This document shows positions 34,902-43,371 of a stretch of DNA of 43,371 bases, one piece after another. The stretch is taken from positions 1 to 43,371 of the forward strand of contig RFII01000047.1 in NCBI GenBank assembly GCA_003695265.1. Reading direction: 5' to 3'. Under the pieces are notes generated by a model. It ran no database searches, had not been told where the DNA came from, and saw only the letters and a program-made list of their open reading frames with translations. Origin of the DNA: Candidatus Woesearchaeota archaeon. Lineage in GTDB: Archaea > Nanobdellota > Nanobdellia > Woesearchaeales > J072. Numbering within the stretch: the stretch's first letter is position 1; every line of letters begins with the position of its first letter. The position numbers were made by a program, and so were the translations under genes.

Positions 34902-36446
34902 CTAGGCTAAATTAATAATATCATAAAGGTCTCGAATGGTGTTTTTTAAAGCCTGCTTCTCATCATTGCTTAGTTTTAGCTCATAGAAAAGGCTTCTTAT
35001 CTCATTGTAGAGTTGCTTTGCCTCATCAATTTTCTTCTTTGTGACAAGATCTTTGCATTCATTAATCATCCTGTATATTTTTGCTTGATTGGGTTCAGGA
35101 ATTTTTAAGCGCTCATGAACGTTCTCAATATGGCTTATTTCCTTGCTGTCATCAGCAATTCCTGCCATCTTTTTTTCCATGTAAAAGTGGAATTCCTCAT
35201 CCTCAAGCTCTGCCTTTTCTTTGTCATATTCTGACTCAACATAGTCTAAAGCGCGGTCTTCTAGCTCTATCATTTTTTCTTTTTTCTCTAATTCTTTCTC
35301 TTTTTCCTTGAATTTTTTCTCAAACTCTGCCTCAAGCCTTTTTCTCCTTTCCGCTAAGGATTTCTCAGCTTTTCTAAGCTCAAACTCTTTTTTTTGCAAT
35401 TCTGCTTTGAGCGCAGAAATCTCTTTTTGCTCTTTCTTCTTTTTCAGCTCCCATTGTGAGATATCTTTCTGCAACTTATTCTTTCTTTGAGATAATTGTT
35501 TCTCATCTTTGACAACGAGCTGTTCGCGCTTCATCAGCTCATTTTTTTTCTTGACTAATCTTGCCTCCTTATTTTTTAATGAAATCTTGAGGTCCTCTAG
35601 CTGGTGCTTTAGTTTCTTTAGCTCAGATTCCTTGCTCTTTAATTCTTCGCTTTTTCTCTTAACAATCTCTTCTCTTGATTTCAGTTTCTGCTCTCTTAAG
35701 TCTGCTTTTTTTATGCGCACCACCAGCTCCTTTTCACTCGCTTGAACTAATTTCCTGCGCTCTGCAATATCAAAGTCTGCTCTTTTTCTCTGCTGCTCAA
35801 GGTTCAGTATTTCTCTTTTAAGAAGCTCTTTTCTTGCTTTTAAGTCTTCTAAATCGCGCTGTATTTTCTTTTCTTTTCTCAAAAGCTTGTCCATTTCTTT
35901 TTTTATTGTTTCAGGAACAACTTCTTCTTTTTTGGAGCTTGTAGTTGTTTTTTCTGTACTTGTTTTTCCTGGTTTTTTTGTTTTTGGCTTTGGAGGGGCT
36001 ATTCTGCATATTCTTTTGTCAATGTCAAGCCCGACTTTTCTGAAAGCCTCTTTAGCTTCCTTCTGTTTCTGGTCAGCGATCCTTTTATCAATGTCTATTC
36101 CTATTTTTTTGAATGATTCCTTAGCAGCCGTTGAGCTTTCCTGGGTTGCTGTCTCTGTTTTTTTTGGTTTTGGCGGCTCCGCTGGCTTTGCTGGTTGCCA
36201 TTTTGCCTCAGTAGCCTGAGCTTCTTGCTGTTTTGTCTCACTGGGCTTTTCATCTTCAAGAGATGTTGGCAATTCTATGCCCTCAAACTCAAATTGCTTT
36301 TTTTCTTTTTTAGAGAAAATTCTTTTAAAGAATCCTGGCTTTTTTTCTTTCTTCTCATTTTTTTCTCTTTCAATAAGTTCTGGCGGCTTGGGAGAAGCAG
36401 GGAATTCAGGTAAGTCTAAGTCTCTTTTCGTTTTGTTCCCGAACAT
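34902..36446 (-). CDS. Long charged coiled-coil protein with low-complexity N-terminus
   Basis: About 250 aa of K/E-rich heptads, Pro/Thr/Lys linker, small helical C-terminal domain; no Walker motifs, so not SMC. Confidence 0.8.
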   Translation of the reverse strand: MFGNKTKRDLDLPEFPASPKPPELIEREKNEKKEKKPGFFKRIFSKKEKKQFEFEGIELPTSLEDEKPSETKQQEAQATEAKWQPAKPAEPPKPKKTETATQESSTAAKESFKKIGIDIDKRIADQKQKEAKEAFRKVGLDIDKRICRIAPPKPKTKKPGKTSTEKTTTSSKKEEVVPETIKKEMDKLLRKEKKIQRDLEDLKARKELLKREILNLEQQRKRADFDIAERRKLVQASEKELVVRIKKADLREQKLKSREEIVKRKSEELKSKESELKKLKHQLEDLKISLKNKEARLVKKKNELMKREQLVVKDEKQLSQRKNKLQKDISQWELKKKKEQKEISALKAELQKKEFELRKAEKSLAERRKRLEAEFEKKFKEKEKELEKKEKMIELEDRALDYVESEYDKEKAELEDEEFHFYMEKKMAGIADDSKEISHIENVHERLKIPEPNQAKIYRMINECKDLVTKKKIDEAKQLYNEIRSLFYELKLSNDEKQALKNTIRDLYDIINLA

Positions 36447-36528
36447 GAGCACTTTGAATTAGATTGAGTATTTATACTTTTGTTGCAATTTTATAATAGA
36501 AACAGAAATAAAAAAGGAAGAAAGAATC

Positions 36529-36762
36529 TTATTTTCTTCCGCGAGCCATTTTTGCTCTTGAAACATCACCGTTCTTGTCAACAAAATATAGGTAGCCTGC
36601 TTCTTTTTTAACACCAACTTTTGCGACTTTCTCAACTTTTGTTCTCCCTTTCTTTCTGCCACCCCTTGCCATGACAGCACGTGAAATATCACCGTTCTTG
36701 TCAACAAAATATAGGTAGCCTGCTTCTTTCTTTACACCTGCTTTTGCAACTTTTTCTGCCAT
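36529..36762 (-). CDS. 77-aa basic protein made of two tandem ~35-aa repeats; putative nucleic-acid-binding protein
   Basis: EKVAKxGVKKEAGYLYFVDKNGDxSRAxMARG occurs twice; AGGTGA SD. Confidence 0.88.
   Translation of the reverse strand: MAEKVAKAGVKKEAGYLYFVDKNGDISRAVMARGGRKKGRTKVEKVAKVGVKKEAGYLYFVDKNGDVSRAKMARGRK
36565..36729. repeat. 42-bp perfect direct repeat (36565-36606 and 36688-36729)
   Basis: ATCACCGTTCTTGTCAACAAAATATAGGTAGCCTGCTTCTTT twice, 123 nt apart (41 codons). Confidence 0.9.
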
Positions 36763-36937
36763 ATTTTATCACCTTTTTCAATTTTAAAAAATTGGCTTAT
36801 TCTCCACGATAAATCTCTTTACTTTATTAATCTTTCGTTTTTTCCGACTAAAAAACATATTTTTCTCGTCTATATTTTTACTACAAAAAAGTGAGAAACC
36901 GACGACAAACCGATCATTCTGATTTAAATGATTATAT

Positions 36938-37783
36938 TTAAATAACAGAGATTAGAGCTTTTATTGCGACTTCAATCATTTTGTTATCCGGCCTGGCAGT
37001 TGTTATTTTCTGGATCATTTTCCCAGGCCATGTTATTATTGTTGAGAGCAGGTTGTTTTTTATTTTTGGCGTTATTCTCAGTATTTCATAAGAAATTCCT
37101 GCAATAAGCGGGATGAGGATTATTCTAGACAGGAGCCTCATTGCCCATGTTTTTGGTGTAATAAGTGAAAAAGTTATTATGGCAATTATCAGAACGATCA
37201 TTATAAAGCTGGTGCCGCACCTTTTATGAAAAGTGGGGCATTTCTTCACGTTCCTCACTGTTAATGGCTCTCCTTTCTCATAACAGTTTACCACCATGTG
37301 CTCTGCTCCGTGGTATTGGAAGAGTCTTTTCACATCACCCATAGTTGAGATTATTAGAACATAAGAAACAAAAAGTATTATCCTTATGATTCCATCAATA
37401 AGATTGAATGTTAAGTTGTATTCTTTTGTAATCCATTTTGTCAAAAAAAAAGGAATTATTAAGAAAACACCCACAGCTAAAAAAGTAGAAATAAACATTA
37501 TAAGACTAATCTCTTTTTTGCTCATTTTGTTTTCTTCTTTCCCCTCTGCTTCATTAGCACTGTAAGTTAGCGCTTTTAGCCCGATGATTAATGTTTCAAC
37601 CAAAATTCTGAAGCCCCTTATAAAAGGCCATTTTAAGAGTTGTACGCTTGGTTCTCTAAGAAGCTCTTTTTTAATCTTTATTTTTCCGTTTGGCTTTCTT
37701 ACTGCGATTGCTATTTTGTTCTCATTTTTCATAAGAACACCCTCAATGACTGCTTGGCCGCCGATAATATTTTTCCCTGGCAT
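36938..37783 (-). CDS. DUF1385/YqhQ-family membrane protein
   Basis: GGQAVIEGVLM, PFIRG, FQYHGAEH, H.RCGTSF, SYE, Q..TT..P...IEVAI. Confidence 0.92.
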   Translation of the reverse strand: MPGKNIIGGQAVIEGVLMKNENKIAIAVRKPNGKIKIKKELLREPSVQLLKWPFIRGFRILVETLIIGLKALTYSANEAEGKEENKMSKKEISLIMFISTFLAVGVFLIIPFFLTKWITKEYNLTFNLIDGIIRIILFVSYVLIISTMGDVKRLFQYHGAEHMVVNCYEKGEPLTVRNVKKCPTFHKRCGTSFIMIVLIIAIITFSLITPKTWAMRLLSRIILIPLIAGISYEILRITPKIKNNLLSTIITWPGKMIQKITTARPDNKMIEVAIKALISVI

Positions 37784-37923
37784 TTATAACGTTGAGTAGA
37801 ACTAATCTTATATATATTTTATTAAAGACCGGTGCTGTCAGCTTAAGTAAGAAAGTTTTAGTGGTGTGGGCGGGACTAAAAATCTTTATAATTTTTTAAC
37901 TCAACAAAATTGATTTAACCACC

Positions 37924-38331
37924 TTAAAGACCTAACTGCTCATCTATGTCTTTTGCCACATCTTTAAGTGCTGCGCATGCCTTGTTAAGATTGTCCTGAA
38001 CTAAGTCGACAAGTCCGGCAAGATTGTCAACAGCCAAGTAATATTTGTTGTTCTTGCTTATAACAATCCCCGAGTCCATCAATTTGTTAAGGTGATGAAC
38101 AACTGTCCCTCTGGAAAGGTTTGATTCAAATGCAATTTCGTCGCTTGACATTGGCTTGCCGATTTTTCTTGACTTAACGAGAACTATGAAGATGCGAAAA
38201 CAGCTCTTGTCTTTATCCCGTAGATTGAATAGGCCGAGCGAGCTCCCAAACCACTGCAGTTTTTGGTTTATGTCTGTGTACTTTGGCTTGTCTGACCTTA
38301 TTATGGTTATTTTGGAGTAGTGGAATCTCAT
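37924..38331 (-). CDS. Winged-HTH transcriptional regulator (ArsR/TrmB-like)
   Basis: MSSDEIAFESNLSRGTVVHHLNKLMDSGIV...YYL wHTH pattern; divergent from grpE-dnaK-dnaJ. Confidence 0.82.
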   Translation of the reverse strand: MRFHYSKITIIRSDKPKYTDINQKLQWFGSSLGLFNLRDKDKSCFRIFIVLVKSRKIGKPMSSDEIAFESNLSRGTVVHHLNKLMDSGIVISKNNKYYLAVDNLAGLVDLVQDNLNKACAALKDVAKDIDEQLGL

Positions 38332-38410
38332 GAGATTATTGTTTGTTATAATTGCTTTATAAATTTTTGCCGAAAAATTTATATATTACCTGTTTATCTT
38401 ATGTGGACTG

Positions 38411-38429
38411 TGTTGATTTTAAATCAACA
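38411..38429. promoter_or_regulatory. Inverted repeat TGTTGATTT-T-AAATCAACA in the grpE leader; candidate operator
   Basis: Perfect 9-bp arms between the BRE/TATA-like CCGAAAAATTTATATA (about 38370-38385) and the GAGGTGA SD of grpE. Confidence 0.5.
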
Positions 38430-38459
38430 AAAATTTATGGTTATCGAGGTGAGTCATTT

Positions 38460-38918
38460 ATGACAAAGAAAAAAACGACAACGGCAAAAACGCCAAAAAA
38501 AGAGGATGAGGTGAATGATCTTAAAGAAACATTGCAAAGAGTTCAAGCAGATTTCGAGAATTACAAAAAGAGAATTGAGAAAGAAAATGAGCTCATCATA
38601 GAAAGAGCAAAGGCAGATCTTATCAATAAACTTTTGCCAATAATTGACAGCTTTGACCTCGCTTTAACCAACAAAGATAAATGTGAAGATTTCATAAAAG
38701 GAATCGAACTAATTTATGCCCAGTTTATGGATATTATGAAAAAAGAAGGACTCGAGCAGATAAAAGCTCTTAATGAAAAGTTCGACCCTTTCAAGCATGA
38801 AGTTCTCTTGCAAGAAGAATCAAATAAAGAGAAAGGAACTGTCCTGGAAGAGCTCCAGAAAGGGTACATGTTCAAAGATAAGGTTTTACGCCCGACAAAA
38901 GTCAAAATAAGCAAATAA
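38460..38918 (+). CDS. grpE: Nucleotide exchange factor GrpE
   Basis: R.QADFENYKKR, LLPIIDSF, FDP..HE, QKGY....VLRP.KV; GAGGTGA SD before ATG 38460. Confidence 0.95.
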   Translation: MTKKKTTTAKTPKKEDEVNDLKETLQRVQADFENYKKRIEKENELIIERAKADLINKLLPIIDSFDLALTNKDKCEDFIKGIELIYAQFMDIMKKEGLEQIKALNEKFDPFKHEVLLQEESNKEKGTVLEELQKGYMFKDKVLRPTKVKISK

Positions 38919-38936
38919 TAAAGATGAGGTAAAAAA

Positions 38937-39248
38937 ATGGAGAAAACCACACAAAAAATGTTTTTGAAAGCAGAAGGGATACTAAAATATCTGGAAGGTA
39001 ATAATGATAAAATAGACACTTTAATTATGTGCAAACCAAATAATATTGAGCTTGTCACAACAGATCAAAGCCTGTACGAGGCTGTTGGCTCAGTTAAAGA
39101 TAAGACAAAAATAAATTATGCAAAACTAGTAAAGTTCTTGGAAGTGGTTAATATTGTTTCTTTTAAGGAAAAAATGCAAAAGCCGCGCACAATCCTAAAG
39201 GAGGAGCGTGTGAAAGAATTAAGAAAAAAAGTCTCAGGAGGTGAATAA
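38937..39248 (+). CDS. Hypothetical protein, possible truncated/degenerate PIN fold
   Basis: 103-aa ORF with GAGGT SD, embedded in the grpE-dnaK operon; MFLKAEGIL...[10 protein letters not shown] pattern. Confidence 0.7.
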   Translation: MEKTTQKMFLKAEGILKYLEGNNDKIDTLIMCKPNNIELVTTDQSLYEAVGSVKDKTKINYAKLVKFLEVVNIVSFKEKMQKPRTILKEERVKELRKKVSGGE

Positions 39249-39250
39249 TC

Positions 39251-41149
39251 ATGGCTGAAAAAACAAAAAAGGAGAAAATAATAGGCATAGATTTAGGAAC
39301 ATCAAATTCCGCGGCTGCAGTTCTTCAGGCAGGAAAACCAGTAATGATTCCATCAGCAGAAGGCACTTCACAGTATGGAAAGGCATTCCCAAGTGTTGTG
39401 GCCTTCACTAAAGATGGCCAGCTTCTCGTAGGAGAACCTGCAAGAAGGCAGGCAGTTTCAAACCCAGAGAACACAATAATTGCTGCAAAAAGAAAGATGG
39501 GCCAAAAATTTGAATATAATATAAATGGTAAGAAATACACACCGCAGCAAATCTCAGCATTTATTCTTCAAAAGATTAAGAAAGACGCTGAAGAGTTCAT
39601 CGGAGAACCTATCAGCAAAGCAGTGATTACCTGCCCGGCATATTTTGATGATGATCAGAGGCAGGCAACAAAGGACGCTGGTACGATTGCCGGCTTAGAG
39701 GTTGTGCGCATAATAAACGAGCCAACAGCAGCATGCTTGGCATATGGTCTTGACAAATCAGATAAAGAAATGAAAATACTTGTGTTTGACTTTGGAGGAG
39801 GAACCTTAGATGTTACTATAATGGAATTTGGAGAAGGCGTCTTTGAGGTTAAGTCAACCTCAGGAGACACGCAGCTCGGCGGAACAGACATGGACAACGC
39901 ATTGATGAATTTTATAATTGAGGATTTCAAGAAAAAAGAAGGAATAGACTTGAGCGAGGACGACACTGCAATGCAGCGCTTAAGAGAAGCCGCTGAGAAA
40001 GCAAAAATAGAGCTCTCAACAACATTAGAAACAGAGATTAATCTGCCGTTCATAACAGCAACTGATAAAGGACCAAAACATCTTAATATGAAAATAACAA
40101 GAGCAAAGCTCGAACAATTAGTAGAGCCTATTATTAAGAAATGCAAAGCACCTATGGAGCAGGCAATAAAAGACGCTAAACTAAAAGCAGATGATATTGA
40201 TAAGATAATTCTTGTAGGTGGGCCAACAAGAATGCCAATAGTAAGAAAATTCGTTGAAGATTTTATAGGTAAAAAAGCAGAACGTGGCATTGATCCTATG
40301 GAGTGTGTTGCTCAAGGAGCAGCAATCCAAGGAGGCGTTCTAGCAGGAGAAGTAAAAGATATCTTGTTGTTAGATGTGACTCCATTAACACTTGGAATAG
40401 AAACTCTTGGCGGTGTAAGAACACCTTTGATTGAAAGGAACACAACAATCCCAACAAAGAAAACACAGATTTTTTCCACTGCAAGCGACAATCAGACTGC
40501 AGTTACGATAAACGTTTTGCAGGGAGAAAGGCCTATGGCAGCTGACAACAAAAGCTTAGGCAGGTTTGACCTTGTTGGAATACCTCCTGCTCCGAGAGGT
40601 GTTCCTCAGATTGAGGTAACTTTTGACATTGACGCTAACGGAATCCTCCATGTTACAGCAAAGGATCTTGGTACTGGCAAAGAGCAGAGTATCAAGATCA
40701 CTGCTCCAAACAAGCTAAGCGAAGAAGAAGTTGAGCGCATGAAAAAAGAGGCAGAGGAACACGCGGAAGAAGACAGGAAAAGAAAAGAAGAGGTTGAAGT
40801 AGTAAATCAAGCAGACAGCTTAGTGTATAGCTCTGAGAAAATATTCAAAGAGTTTGAGGGTAAGATTGACAAGAAAGAAATTGAAGAAGTGAAGAAAGAA
40901 GTAGATGAATTAAAGAAAATGCTCAAAGAGGACAAAAAAGACGTTGAAAAGATGAAGAAAAAGATCGAAGAGATTAATCAGAAAATGCAAAAACTGTCAA
41001 CAGAGCTTTACCAAAAGGTTTCTGCTGAGCAGGCAAAGCAGCAACAACAGGGAGAAACAGGAGACACTAAGGAAGAAAACAAGAAAAAAGACGAAAAAGT
41101 GGTTGACGCAGAGTACAAAGAAAAGAATGACGAGAAGAAAAAGGATTAG
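39251..41149 (+). CDS. dnaK: Molecular chaperone DnaK
   Basis: [15 protein letters not shown]...[47 protein letters not shown]. Confidence 0.98.
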   Translation: MAEKTKKEKIIGIDLGTSNSAAAVLQAGKPVMIPSAEGTSQYGKAFPSVVAFTKDGQLLVGEPARRQAVSNPENTIIAAKRKMGQKFEYNINGKKYTPQQISAFILQKIKKDAEEFIGEPISKAVITCPAYFDDDQRQATKDAGTIAGLEVVRIINEPTAACLAYGLDKSDKEMKILVFDFGGGTLDVTIMEFGEGVFEVKSTSGDTQLGGTDMDNALMNFIIEDFKKKEGIDLSEDDTAMQRLREAAEKAKIELSTTLETEINLPFITATDKGPKHLNMKITRAKLEQLVEPIIKKCKAPMEQAIKDAKLKADDIDKIILVGGPTRMPIVRKFVEDFIGKKAERGIDPMECVAQGAAIQGGVLAGEVKDILLLDVTPLTLGIETLGGVRTPLIERNTTIPTKKTQIFSTASDNQTAVTINVLQGERPMAADNKSLGRFDLVGIPPAPRGVPQIEVTFDIDANGILHVTAKDLGTGKEQSIKITAPNKLSEEEVERMKKEAEEHAEEDRKRKEEVEVVNQADSLVYSSEKIFKEFEGKIDKKEIEEVKKEVDELKKMLKEDKKDVEKMKKKIEEINQKMQKLSTELYQKVSAEQAKQQQQGETGDTKEENKKKDEKVVDAEYKEKNDEKKKD

Positions 41150-41180
41150 CTTTATAAGCTAGTCCTAATTCCAAAGCCAA

Positions 41181-42302
41181 ATGGCTAAAGATTATTATAA
41201 AATACTCGGCGTTGACAAAAACGCCACAAAAGAAGAAATAAAAAGAGCCTACAAAAGACTGGCAAAAAAGTACCATCCTGATATTAATAAAGATCCTGGA
41301 GCTGCAGAAAAATTTAAGGAAATCTCAGAAGCAGCAGCAGTGCTTTCAGACGACCAGAAAAGAGAGCAGTATGACCAGTTTGGCAGCGCAGGCCCGGGTA
41401 TGGGTGGTTTTGAAGGGTTCAGCGGGTTTAATGACTTTGATTTCGGCTCCATGGACTTGAATGACATTTTTGATTCTATATTTGGAGGAGACTTCTTTGG
41501 CAGCAGATTCAGAAGAAGGCAAGGCCCAGTGCAAGGCTCTGACTTGCTGTACAATCTAGAAGTTGATTTGGAGGAAGCTGCTTTCGGCGCAAAAAAAGAG
41601 ATAAGTGTTCCGAGGCATGAAACGTGCAGTAATTGCAATGGCTCAGGCGCGGAAAGCCCATCTGATATTGTTTCATGCAGTGACTGCGGAGGGACAGGAG
41701 TTCTAAGAAGAACACAAAGGACTCCTTTTGGCATGTTTAGTACACAGACAACATGTAGGAAATGCCATGGCTCCGGAAAATTTATAAGAAATAATTGTCA
41801 CATATGCAAAGGGTCTGGGATTGTTAAGAAGGTTAGTAAGATAGAGGTTGAGGTTCCTAAAGGTGTTTTCACTGGCTCAAAGCTTAGAATAAGAGGTCAT
41901 GGAGAGGCAGGACAGAAAGGAGGGCCTCCTGGAGACTTGTTCGTTGCTATCAAGGTTAAGCCACACCCCATTTTTGAGAGGGATGGAAACAATATTTACA
42001 TTACTGTACCGATTAATTTTACAGAGGCTGCACTGGGGACAAGCATAGAGGTTCCAACTTTAAAAGGAAAGGCTGTTCTCAAAGTTCCTCCTGGCACGCA
42101 ATCAGGCACGATTCTAAAAATGAGTGGGAAGGGAATCCCTGATTTGCACTCTGGAAGGCCTGGCAACCAGATGGTCCGAATAATTGTCGAAACGCCAACA
42201 AAGCTAACAAAAAAACAAAAGGATTTGCTTAAAAAGCTAGACTTAAAAAGCCCGCGAAAAAAGAAAGGGCTGTTTGATAAGATCAAAGGCTCACTCTTAT
42301 AA
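41181..42302 (+). CDS. dnaJ: Molecular chaperone DnaJ
   Basis: J domain with HPD, G/F region, four CxxCxGxG repeats, C-terminal domain. Confidence 0.98.
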   Translation: MAKDYYKILGVDKNATKEEIKRAYKRLAKKYHPDINKDPGAAEKFKEISEAAAVLSDDQKREQYDQFGSAGPGMGGFEGFSGFNDFDFGSMDLNDIFDSIFGGDFFGSRFRRRQGPVQGSDLLYNLEVDLEEAAFGAKKEISVPRHETCSNCNGSGAESPSDIVSCSDCGGTGVLRRTQRTPFGMFSTQTTCRKCHGSGKFIRNNCHICKGSGIVKKVSKIEVEVPKGVFTGSKLRIRGHGEAGQKGGPPGDLFVAIKVKPHPIFERDGNNIYITVPINFTEAALGTSIEVPTLKGKAVLKVPPGTQSGTILKMSGKGIPDLHSGRPGNQMVRIIVETPTKLTKKQKDLLKKLDLKSPRKKKGLFDKIKGSLL

Positions 42303-42371
42303 CTACCTCTCAAGAGGAACATTTAAATACTTCTTTTTGTAGAGTAAAAAACTTAAACAAGGTGATGAACT

Positions 42372-43283
42372 ATGAAAGAAGAAAACAGACAAGCACAAAT
42401 TAGTGGACAGAACCCCATCCCAGCGAGTAGTTCTGCCTACAGGAGAAGTTATTATCACAGCGCGGATAATTCTGGCTGGAAATTTGTTGGGGCATTATTC
42501 GGTGGGGCGGCTGCAATAATTGCAGGATTATTAGTTTATGATAACTTAAAAGGCCCTAAAAAGCCTGAGTATCTGCCCACAAGCATGATCAACGTGGTTA
42601 ATCACCTAAGAGTTGAGCCGCATAATGAGAAGTGGTTTGTGAACTCAAGAGTTATTTACGCTTCTGGCTCAAACGCCTTAGTAAAAGAGGGCAGTAGTTC
42701 ACTTTATTTGCAGGGAGAGGGCATTGAAAGCACTTTAAAAAATGCAAGAGGTTTATTCTTAAGTGAATCAGGTGAAGGCGGCTTATCCTTAATCATTGAG
42801 GGTATTAGAACAGGAGATGGCACGCAGATGGGCCTTGACCAAGCCATACGAATCAATACTGATTTTGATGGACAATTCGCAAACGCAAATCATTATAAAC
42901 ACTTGCCTAGCACGCTAAGGCATGACAGGAAAGGAAGCATAAAGAAAGTTATTGGCGGCGCAGACGGCGGAGCTTTAGTCAGCGCAAAAGGCGCAGTTGA
43001 GTTTAACCAGGACTTAAAAGGGTATGTTGTTAGGTTCGGAGAAGGCCCCACGGGAGTATTGCTAACAGGTATTAGCCCAGACCAAGAGTTTTTCCTTGAC
43101 GCAGCAATGAGCAGCAAAACGAAGGTCCAAGTTTTCGGGAGTGCAGAAAGCTTGTGGGATTATAAAGGAAAAGTAAGTTATGATCCCTCAACAGGCAAAG
43201 GAAGCGGAAGAGGAAGCTCTGGCATTATTGCAGCGCTTAAAGTTGATAATGTAGCTGCTTTTGGTAAAAATATTCCAAAATAA
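42372..43283 (+). CDS. Hypothetical single-pass membrane-anchored protein with Gly-rich beta-type extracellular domain
   Basis: 303-aa ORF with AGGTGA SD; one TM (FVGALFGGAAAIIAGLLVY); no recognisable family. Confidence 0.75.
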   Translation: MKEENRQAQISGQNPIPASSSAYRRSYYHSADNSGWKFVGALFGGAAAIIAGLLVYDNLKGPKKPEYLPTSMINVVNHLRVEPHNEKWFVNSRVIYASGSNALVKEGSSSLYLQGEGIESTLKNARGLFLSESGEGGLSLIIEGIRTGDGTQMGLDQAIRINTDFDGQFANANHYKHLPSTLRHDRKGSIKKVIGGADGGALVSAKGAVEFNQDLKGYVVRFGEGPTGVLLTGISPDQEFFLDAAMSSKTKVQVFGSAESLWDYKGKVSYDPSTGKGSGRGSSGIIAALKVDNVAAFGKNIPK

Positions 43284-43371
43284 AATTTGGGTGCCTGGTG
43301 GTGAATAAATAATATTATTAATTTTCTTTTTTCTTCTTACAATACATTAAGAAAGATATTTATATTAGTAA

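Noticed and set aside
34902..36446. SMC/Rad50 ATPase
   Set aside because: No Walker A/B, signature, hinge or zinc-hook motifs.
36565..36729. CRISPR-like repeat pair
   Set aside because: Only two copies, in frame within a protein-coding tandem duplication; no cas genes.
37856..37881. Hairpin TTTTAGT-N12-ACTAAAA between the wHTH and DUF1385 genes
   Set aside because: AT-rich stem with a large loop, single occurrence; cannot be distinguished from chance.
39655..40290. 211-aa antisense ORF in dnaK and the many other antisense/alternate-frame ORFs in the track
   Set aside because: Shadow ORFs of well-supported genes, with Ser/Phe/Leu-rich composition typical of reverse-complemented coding sequence.

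Overview
Archaeal chromosomal window of low GC content. It has no CRISPR array, rRNA or recognisable mobile element. The archaeal core (exosome/proteasome superoperon, RpoK, S17e, Alba, archaeal ProRS, FtsZ, SepF, RtcA) combined with many bacterial-type genes (MetK, Tgt/QueA/QueH, DnaK/DnaJ/GrpE) suggests a DPANN lineage such as Woesearchaeota; this is an inference. Three things stand out. (1) An arginine-centred region at about 16-31 kb: two divergent ArgRS genes, an agmatinase/arginase-family enzyme, tRNA-Arg, argG/argH and an HTH-ACT regulator. The second ArgRS lies in a tightly coupled operon, arginine deiminase - ArgRS2 - SAM methyltransferase, directly behind tRNA-Pro. (2) A complete late queuosine pathway (tgt, queA, queH) in an archaeon, bracketed by two copies of a REP-like hairpin repeat. 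(3) Both tRNA genes (Arg-UCG, Pro-CGG) carry non-canonical D-loop introns with readable bulge-helix-bulge/loop splice motifs. I also read by hand several micro-ORFs under 60 aa that the ORF track misses, and several candidate operator palindromes. All product calls come from motif recognition, not database searches.
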